Origin: Candidatus Woesearchaeota archaeon | GTDB taxonomy: Archaea; Nanobdellota; Nanobdellia; Woesearchaeales; CAZJJJ01 | NCBI GenBank assembly: GCA_046538795.1 | Contig: JBKHIF010000007.1 | Span: 1 to 33,572, forward strand | Direction of reading: 5' to 3' | DNA length: 33,572 nucleotides | In this document: one piece after another, positions 26,947 to 33,572 of the stretch | Layout: each line of letters opens with the position of its first letter | Position numbering within the stretch: the stretch's first letter is position 1 | Notes under the pieces: model-generated | What the model was told of the DNA's origin: nothing | Database searches by the model: none | What the model saw: only the letters and a program-made list of their open reading frames with translations | Translations under genes and position numbers: made by a program

Positions 26947-29778
26947 TTATGTGTTGACACGCATCACAAATTCAGGATGTACATAATTCTCAGTTTGCAT
27001 TTTGGATGAGGGTAATAATTTAGGAGCAATTATCCTGTACATCTCAAGAAGAAGAACCTGCATGTCCCAGAATTGGTTTGGACTGTGATATCTTTTCCTA
27101 ATTGTTGTATTTTGTCCTCCAAGATCTTCATACATTTTCTGAAGCCTTTCTGCCCTCTCATTTGCCATCTTGAATAATTTTTTTTCATTATTCTTAAGAT
27201 TTTGCTCATGTTCATATATTTTCTTTAGTTCAGGGTTATCATCGATCTCTTCCAGGTCATAGTAAATATGTATGCCCCCCTCATATTGCATGTAGTCATT
27301 CATCGATTCAGATGATGCTTTCACATATTCGTTGACGATATTAGAATAGCTTATCATCTCAGGGATTATTTCCGGCTTTTCGATAAATACAGGAACTTGG
27401 TTTGATCCCTTTACCTTTTCAAGCAAGTTGCAGATCTTCCTGAAATCTCCGTATTTGTTGACATATGTTTCTGGATGGATAGACAGGGTGTGTAGGTCTT
27501 TGCAGTTCATGCCTTCAAAATATTGTTCTTTTTCTCCATAGATCATTCCTATCGGATAATGTTGGTTGCATGATTCACATGGTTCGCGGCTAATCCCAAA
27601 GTCATCGATACTGTATTCTTTTTGCTCTGTCAGGTATGAGATAACTGTGATAAGGTTCGTTCCTCTGAGGCTTTCGACGACATTATCTATGTTCTCGTTA
27701 AAGAATTCTCGTTCCAATTTCTTGAATGTTACATGGTTTCTTCCTGTTTCGTCAAGATTTGCTTCCTCATAAAATGGTATTCCTGAATCTCTGAGATATT
27801 CTGTGATCTGCCTGATTGCAACAATAATATCGCCTGAATTTATGTCAGAACGATATTCAAATGTATAGCCTAGTTTGTTATCGATCTCAAAAGTCCTGAA
27901 CACGCTGTGGCCTCCAAATCCAAGATATATCCTGATATTTGCGGCTGCTTCGGGGTTTATTTTCTGGAATCTGTCTAGATTATCGCATCCAATATTCTCT
28001 GTTGAAAGCACTCCTACATGAAAAATGAAGTCAGCAAAATACTTTGACACAAATTCATCAAGAGGCATGTCAATTATGCCAAGATAGTTTTTTAGAGGGA
28101 CGGCATCATGATTTGTGTCACTAACCATGTTATGCACATCATGATCTATGCGTGTATCTGTCTTCATCTTTTTTACATTAAACCTTTGGCCTAAAAGCGT
28201 TACGATTGAGCCGTCATCAGGAAATGCATCATCAGGGAGTGCGGTTAGCCTGTAGATGATTCCCCCCTCTCTTCGGCCGCTTGGGTAGTATGATCTGGAT
28301 CTTAGAAATATCGTATGTTTTCCCTTGTATAGGACTTCATATTCAAGATTTTCTTCATGATCTGAATTAATCACTTCTCCGAGTGCTGATAATTCATCTT
28401 CAAGGGTCAATGCATTGCCTATCTTTCCTGTTATCAGCTTTACAGGTGAACTTTCAAGAAGTATCTTTGGCTTCTCAGCCACCCTTTCAAGGCCTGAGAT
28501 ATATTCTGTTATCTTATGTTTATCTATTCTTGAGGTGTCCATGTTTTGAGGCATCTCATCAGGTTCCAGGTATCTTTCTTTCAGTGGAGGATCTATCTGT
28601 TCTTCGCTTATTATATTATCTTTGACAAGCGTTCTCAAAAGTTCAGGGATCCTCCCCTTTTCTATGATTTCTTTATCAGAATTCCCCCCTGTCTTCATAT
28701 TATAGAAGAATTTCAGAAGTTCTTTGTCCCTGTGGTTTATGTTATGGAAATAAAATAGCTTGTCATAATCAACTGCTGTGGCTTTCCATCTTTCAAGAAG
28801 GAATTCTGCTGCCTTTGAGAGGAATTCTTTGGCTTCAGGGTCTGTATCTGGTCGTGCATATTTTTCAGCAACTATTTTGTCTGTAAGTTCCTGTACCTCT
28901 TCCATGATCTCAAGCCTGAACCGATATCTTGATAATTGCTTATAGCCTTCAGGTGCTCCGATAGGTACCATCTCTGGATATGAAAAATAAAGCGCTTCGA
29001 TGAAACTTATGCTTCCATCCCTTATCTTATCGATGATGTCAAACATATTTTCAAGATTTTCTTCCCAGATAAATTCCTTGTGACGATGTCTATCATATTC
29101 ATTAAATATGCTTGTGGTATGGGATCTAATATTGTGTGTAACATCAAGGCTTTGTTTCCCGGTTTTTTCGTCATTAATGAAAATTTCTTTTGGTCTGCGA
29201 AAGTCATCCGGGTCCAGACAATCCTTTGCAAGAATTATCATGTTTTCTGCTGTATCTTCTATTGTGTGGATGTGATGATAGTTTTTCCAAATTTCTGCTT
29301 TAAGGTTATCTTCATGTAATTGCTCATAGCGAGTTCTTGATACATTCATTTCTTTGATAAGATTCTTTAGATTTCTTTTCTGCCGGTCAATTCTAAACAT
29401 AATGGCCAAGTCTTCACTGTCAGCAAATTTTCGTCCGAACATATCTTCAAGCCTTTCTTTTGTCTCTGCCCATAGCTTGTCTATACGTTTATAGTATCTT
29501 GCTTCGAGAAGTTCATTTATGAATCCCCATCTTTCTTTGCTGATCTTATTTTTTTTATCAATTTCTTCGCGACTATGATAAACGCCACCACCGTGTGGAA
29601 AATTGCAAAAGTTCATGCGCCTTAACTCAGGAATCGCTTTTTCAGGGATGAATACTTCAGTCAAGGCAATTGTGTCTTTGTAATTATCAAGAATAAGCTT
29701 TTCAACTTTCTCAAGATTCTCAGGGAAATTCTTTTCGATTTCGTGTTCAAGTTCCTCTATTCGGTCTTCCAACCCCAT
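26947..29778 (-). CDS. large hypothetical protein (943 aa)
   Basis: Uninterrupted 2.8-kb ORF with its own TATA box; no signal peptide, TM or recognised catalytic motif; possible CxxC...HxxxxH metal site. Confidence 0.85.
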   Translation of the reverse strand: MGLEDRIEELEHEIEKNFPENLEKVEKLILDNYKDTIALTEVFIPEKAIPELRRMNFCNFPHGGGVYHSREEIDKKNKISKERWGFINELLEARYYKRIDKLWAETKERLEDMFGRKFADSEDLAIMFRIDRQKRNLKNLIKEMNVSRTRYEQLHEDNLKAEIWKNYHHIHTIEDTAENMIILAKDCLDPDDFRRPKEIFINDEKTGKQSLDVTHNIRSHTTSIFNEYDRHRHKEFIWEENLENMFDIIDKIRDGSISFIEALYFSYPEMVPIGAPEGYKQLSRYRFRLEIMEEVQELTDKIVAEKYARPDTDPEAKEFLSKAAEFLLERWKATAVDYDKLFYFHNINHRDKELLKFFYNMKTGGNSDKEIIEKGRIPELLRTLVKDNIISEEQIDPPLKERYLEPDEMPQNMDTSRIDKHKITEYISGLERVAEKPKILLESSPVKLITGKIGNALTLEDELSALGEVINSDHEENLEYEVLYKGKHTIFLRSRSYYPSGRREGGIIYRLTALPDDAFPDDGSIVTLLGQRFNVKKMKTDTRIDHDVHNMVSDTNHDAVPLKNYLGIIDMPLDEFVSKYFADFIFHVGVLSTENIGCDNLDRFQKINPEAAANIRIYLGFGGHSVFRTFEIDNKLGYTFEYRSDINSGDIIVAIRQITEYLRDSGIPFYEEANLDETGRNHVTFKKLEREFFNENIDNVVESLRGTNLITVISYLTEQKEYSIDDFGISREPCESCNQHYPIGMIYGEKEQYFEGMNCKDLHTLSIHPETYVNKYGDFRKICNLLEKVKGSNQVPVFIEKPEIIPEMISYSNIVNEYVKASSESMNDYMQYEGGIHIYYDLEEIDDNPELKKIYEHEQNLKNNEKKLFKMANERAERLQKMYEDLGGQNTTIRKRYHSPNQFWDMQVLLLEMYRIIAPKLLPSSKMQTENYVHPEFVMRVNT

Positions 29779-29833
29779 CTAGAACAAGAATTCCTGCATT
29801 ATATATAAAATGTGAGGAGATAATTTTGAAAAT

Positions 29834-30430
29834 TCAATTGTTCAAATATTCATCCAACTTTTCAAGAGCTTTTTTTCTGAAAATACTTGGTTCAAATATA
29901 TTTTTTTTCTTTAGTTCGCCGTAAGTTCTGTTTTCAGGATTGTTTTCAAGGGGGATAAATATTGGATCTTGTCCCCAGCCATTATCTCCTTTTTTCTGAA
30001 AAGCCATAGTTCCTTTTTCTTCGCCTGAAAAAATTCTCATTTCTTTTCCATCATAAAATCCGATAAAGCTTCTATAGAAAATTGTTCTTTCTTTGTCATT
30101 TCTTATATCTGCCATCAGTTTAAGAAGCCCCTTGTTCCCGATATACCTGAAAACTGTTGCAGTGTAAGCTCCTGGAAATCCATCTAACTTATCTATGAAA
30201 AATCCAGAATCTTCAATAAGAATGGGTGCATCAGGTTGTTTCCCAAGGATAACTTTTGCACTTTCATATGCTTCTTTCAGGCATAACTTTACAACTTCTT
30301 CACAAGAATCTGATTTTGGTTCGATATAATCAAAATCTATAGTTTCAACTTTTATTTTCGGTTCAAGGACTTCTTTAAATTCTTTTATCTTGTTCTTGTT
30401 ATGTGTTATGAGATAGATCTTTTGTATCAT
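29834..30430 (-). CDS. rdgB: Ham1/RdgB non-canonical purine NTP pyrophosphatase
   Basis: ITHNKNKIKE, IEDSGFFIDKLDGFPGAY, GWGQDPIFIP and RTYGEL; the SHR motif is replaced by SIFR. Confidence 0.92.
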   Translation of the reverse strand: MIQKIYLITHNKNKIKEFKEVLEPKIKVETIDFDYIEPKSDSCEEVVKLCLKEAYESAKVILGKQPDAPILIEDSGFFIDKLDGFPGAYTATVFRYIGNKGLLKLMADIRNDKERTIFYRSFIGFYDGKEMRIFSGEEKGTMAFQKKGDNGWGQDPIFIPLENNPENRTYGELKKKNIFEPSIFRKKALEKLDEYLNN

Positions 30431-30431
30431 T

Positions 30432-31739
30432 TTATGGAGTATATCTAAACATTGTCCTTGGAAATGCTATTGCATCTTTTATATTATCAAGACCGCAGAT
30501 CCATTTTATCAATCTTTCTACTCCGAGACCGAATCCGCCGTGAGGAACAGAACCATATCTTCTTGTATCAAGATAGAACTCATAATTTTTCAGCTCTTCA
30601 CCTTGTTCTTTAAGACGATCTTTTATCTTTTCGATATCATGTTCCCTTTGGCTTCCGCCTATAATCTCGCCATGACCTTCAGGTGCAAGGAAATCACATC
30701 CAAAAACCACATCTGGATTTTCTGGATCTTCCATCATGTAAAATGCTTTTACTTTCTTTGGATAATGTGTAACGATCAATGGCACATCATAAAGTTCTGT
30801 AAGTTTTTCTTCTTCAAGTGTCCTTAGATCTTTGCCCCATTCAACTTCCATGTCTGCTTTTTCTTTTAGTATTCTTAAAGCTTCATCATAGGTCATCCTA
30901 AGGAATGGTTTTTCTATAACTGGTTTTAGTTTTTCAACATCACGTTTGAGTGTCTTCAGCTCATCAGGATTGTTTTCAAGAACCTTTTTTACAGCATGTT
31001 TTATTAATCCTTCACCATGATCTTGTATGACCTTGAAATCAGCCCATGCAACTTCCATTTCTGCATGCCAATATTCTGTTAAATGTCTTGAAGTCTTTGA
31101 TTTTTCTGCTCTAAAAGAAGGTGCAATACAGTATATCTTTTCGAGAGCATATATCATCGCTTCTGCGTGAAGCTGCCATGTCTGTGCAAGATAAAGAGGT
31201 TTTCCAAAATAATTGACTTCAAAAAGTGTTGAACCTCCTTCTGCCTGACTGCTCATGAATATTGGTGATTGATGCTCGTAAAAATTATTATTTCTGAAAT
31301 ATTCATGAATTGCACCAAATACAGTGCTTCTTACTTTCATGATTGCACTCATCTTTCTGCTTCGAAGCCATAGGTGTCTTACATCAAGAAGAAATTCTTC
31401 TGAGAAATCTTTTCCTATAGGGAATTCATTGCTTTCTCCGACAATCTCAAAATCAGTAACATGTATTTCAAAACCGACAGGTGAACGAGAATCTTCTTTT
31501 ACTTCTCCTTCAATTCTTAATGAATACTCAACCTGAAGCTTGTCAGCCTTATCGAATTTATCATCGCCAAGAATAGATCGTTCCATCAGGCATTGTATTA
31601 TTGCAGTCGAATCCCTAAGCTGTATGAATTTTCTTTCATTGCTTCCTCTTTCACGATGGATCCAGCCATGTATTGTTACTTTGCCTGAACCTTTATTGAT
31701 AGCTTCTCTTATTGATATATCTTCATTCATCGGTTTCAT
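30432..31739 (-). CDS. asnS: asparagine--tRNA ligase
   Basis: OB fold GWIHR..FIQLRD, RHLWLR, EGGSTLF, FRAEKSKTSRHLTEYW, GEIIGGSQRE and YGSVPHGGFGLGVER. Confidence 0.93.
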   Translation of the reverse strand: MKPMNEDISIREAINKGSGKVTIHGWIHRERGSNERKFIQLRDSTAIIQCLMERSILGDDKFDKADKLQVEYSLRIEGEVKEDSRSPVGFEIHVTDFEIVGESNEFPIGKDFSEEFLLDVRHLWLRSRKMSAIMKVRSTVFGAIHEYFRNNNFYEHQSPIFMSSQAEGGSTLFEVNYFGKPLYLAQTWQLHAEAMIYALEKIYCIAPSFRAEKSKTSRHLTEYWHAEMEVAWADFKVIQDHGEGLIKHAVKKVLENNPDELKTLKRDVEKLKPVIEKPFLRMTYDEALRILKEKADMEVEWGKDLRTLEEEKLTELYDVPLIVTHYPKKVKAFYMMEDPENPDVVFGCDFLAPEGHGEIIGGSQREHDIEKIKDRLKEQGEELKNYEFYLDTRRYGSVPHGGFGLGVERLIKWICGLDNIKDAIAFPRTMFRYTP

Positions 31740-31915
31740 TTGTTAAAGAAATAGAATCTTATTTTAAAATATTGCGGTGATTTATTCATTTTACAAAGGC
31801 TCTTTTTTCACACGATAATGGTCAGGATTGCCTATAATGATGTTGCTTACAGAATTAACTCATCAAGAAAGCATCCTTAAGCATGAAAATTATTTTAAAG
31901 AACTTCTTGAGTAAT

Positions 31916-32473
31916 CTATAATGGTTCTTTTTTTAGTTCTAATTTGCTTGCGATGTAATGAACATTGTTTATTGTTTTTCCAAGTATGTTTAAATCTCTG
32001 TTGACAGGGATTTGTCCTGTGTATCTGTAGCCTGGCTGTATCATGTAGTTTTTTATCACTGCCCTGCAAAGATCAACACCTGATTTTATCTGTTCAGGAA
32101 AATATCTGTTTAGAGACATGAATATTTTATATTGTCTTAATATATCATCAATCTCTCTTACATTTTCTTTGAATAATTTTGTTTTTGAATTGTAAGGAAG
32201 TTCAAATTCAACAGGGATATGTGTGCATGTTTCTGTCTTTATGGCTTTTTCAAGAATCCCTGATTCAGGCTGAACCTCAAAAAGTTTAGCGATCTTTCTT
32301 GCTGTTTTTTGATCTTTTTCATTACAACATTGTCTGTATCTTTCCTGAATAGTATCATAAGAAACTTTTGCCTTTGCTATCTCAAGATCATCTTTAATGA
32401 TTTTTTGAGATTCGACTATATCTTCCAAAAGTCTTCTTTGATGTTCTTTTGTGTTGAGAAGCTTATCAAGCAT
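31916..32473 (-). CDS. hypothetical protein between aspS and asnS
   Basis: About 185-aa ORF starting just after the aspS stop; no motif recognised. Confidence 0.65.
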   Translation of the reverse strand: MLDKLLNTKEHQRRLLEDIVESQKIIKDDLEIAKAKVSYDTIQERYRQCCNEKDQKTARKIAKLFEVQPESGILEKAIKTETCTHIPVEFELPYNSKTKLFKENVREIDDILRQYKIFMSLNRYFPEQIKSGVDLCRAVIKNYMIQPGYRYTGQIPVNRDLNILGKTINNVHYIASKLELKKEPL

Positions 32474-32479
32474 CAGCAA

Positions 32480-33572
32480 TCACTTTTTCTTTTTTGGAAG
32501 TTCAAATTTGATATGAACTTCCTTTGAGACCTTTTCGTCCAATAAAGATGGTGATCCATCCATAGGACACTGCGCAGCCTTGTTTTTAGGAAATGCTATT
32601 ACTTCTCTGATGTCGTTAGTTCCAACAAGAATAGCAGTAAGCCTGTCAAGTCCTATCCCTACACCGCCATGTGGAGGAGCTCCATACTTGAATGCTTCAA
32701 GAAGAAATCCAAATTTTTTGTAAGCATCCTTTTTTGAAAGACCTATAACTTTCATGACTTTTTCCTGTATGTCTTCTCTGTGTATCCTGATCGAGCCTGA
32801 ACAAAGCTCTGTTCCGTTAAGTACAAGGTCGTAAAGCGAAGCCTTTACTTTTGATGGATCTTTTTCTAAAAATTCCATGTGTTCTTTTTTTGGCATGGTA
32901 AACATATGGTGAGCTGGTTCCCATCTTTCATCTTCATCATTCCATCCGAAAAGAGGGAAGTCAACTACCCAGCAGAACCTGAATGCAGACTGGTCTATGA
33001 GGTCAAGTCTTTTTCCGAGTTCATTTCTTAATCCTGCAAGAACTGTATTTGTTACTTTAGGTTTATCTGCAATGAATAAAAGAACACCTTTTTTTGCTTT
33101 TGTTTTCTTAAGAATTTCTTTTTGTATTTCAGAGCTTAGGTATTTTGTGATGCTTGACTCAAGACCGTCTTTTGTTATGCGTGCCCAGGCCATCCCTTTA
33201 GCACCCAATGATTTTGAAAACTCGATAAGATCATCAAGCTCTTTTCTTGAGAAATCTGATTCAGGATTTATGCATTTTACTATTCCACCTTTTTTTATTA
33301 CATCTTTGAACACTGAGAAATCCGATTTACCTGCAATCTCGCTGATATCTGTTAATTCAAGGCCAAACCTTAAGTCAGGCTTATCAGTACCAAAGCGATC
33401 CATAGATTCATCAAATGAGAGTATTTCAAATGGAGTTTGAATATTAAGATTTTTAACTTTTTTCAGTACATGCTTCATCAATCCTTCAACAACTTCCTGC
33501 ACATCTCTTTCTTCGACAAAACTCATCTCAAGATCAATTTGTGTGTGTTCAGGCTGCCTGTCTGCTCTTAAG
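32480..33572 (-). CDS. aspS: bacterial-type aspartate--tRNA ligase (5' end outside window)
   Basis: The frame is open to the window edge: LRADRQPEHTQIDLEMSF, FGTDKPDLRF, GAD insertion, WVVDFPLF, HHMFTMP, YDLVLNG, GSIRIH, YGAPPHGG and VIAFPK. Confidence 0.96.
   Translation of the reverse strand, partial: LRADRQPEHTQIDLEMSFVEERDVQEVVEGLMKHVLKKVKNLNIQTPFEILSFDESMDRFGTDKPDLRFGLELTDISEIAGKSDFSVFKDVIKKGGIVKCINPESDFSRKELDDLIEFSKSLGAKGMAWARITKDGLESSITKYLSSEIQKEILKKTKAKKGVLLFIADKPKVTNTVLAGLRNELGKRLDLIDQSAFRFCWVVDFPLFGWNDEDERWEPAHHMFTMPKKEHMEFLEKDPSKVKASLYDLVLNGTELCSGSIRIHREDIQEKVMKVIGLSKKDAYKKFGFLLEAFKYGAPPHGGVGIGLDRLTAILVGTNDIREVIAFPKNKAAQCPMDGSPSLLDEKVSKEVHIKFELPKKKK

Noticed and set aside
957..33440. 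Numerous short antisense or overlapping ORFs in the track (e.g. 1001..1339, 10276..10725, 17287..17646, 19427..19912, 22864..23217, 32997..33440)
   Set aside because: They are shadows of well-supported genes, with S/F/I-rich composition and no motifs.
1..33572. tRNA/rRNA genes, transposases, diversity-generating retroelement
   Set aside because: No cloverleaf or rRNA-like GC-rich stretch, no transposase or reverse transcriptase motifs, and no adenine-specific TR/VR repeat pair noticed by eye.

Overview
AT-rich, densely packed archaeal chromosomal segment. Archaeal markers include rpo11/rpoL, TFS, NMD3, Sec11, Mre11 and TATA-box promoters; the streamlined layout and orphan genes suggest a DPANN archaeon, probably Woesearchaeota-like (inference). 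Most genes are housekeeping: uppS, AMMECR1, MEMO1, a METTL5-like methyltransferase, AlaX, gatB, asnS, a bacterial-type aspS, Ham1, CorA and PfkB. Highlights: (1) a class Id-type ribonucleotide reductase operon, with an ATP-cone fused to NrdB and a cone-less NrdA, preceded by two NrdR-box-like palindromes 32 bp apart next to an archaeal TATA promoter; (2) a 77-bp hairpin-forming intergenic element present twice, 9.3 kb apart (75/77 identical); (3) a CYTH gene split by a -1 frameshift at G_GAA_AAC; (4) a coiled-coil protein with a duplicated MinD-like amphipathic motif; (5) a 943-aa orphan protein; (6) TATA hexamers exactly 29 nt before several start codons, implying leaderless mRNAs. No rRNA, tRNA, CRISPR array, transposase or integrase was recognised. 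All assignments are by eye, without database searches.
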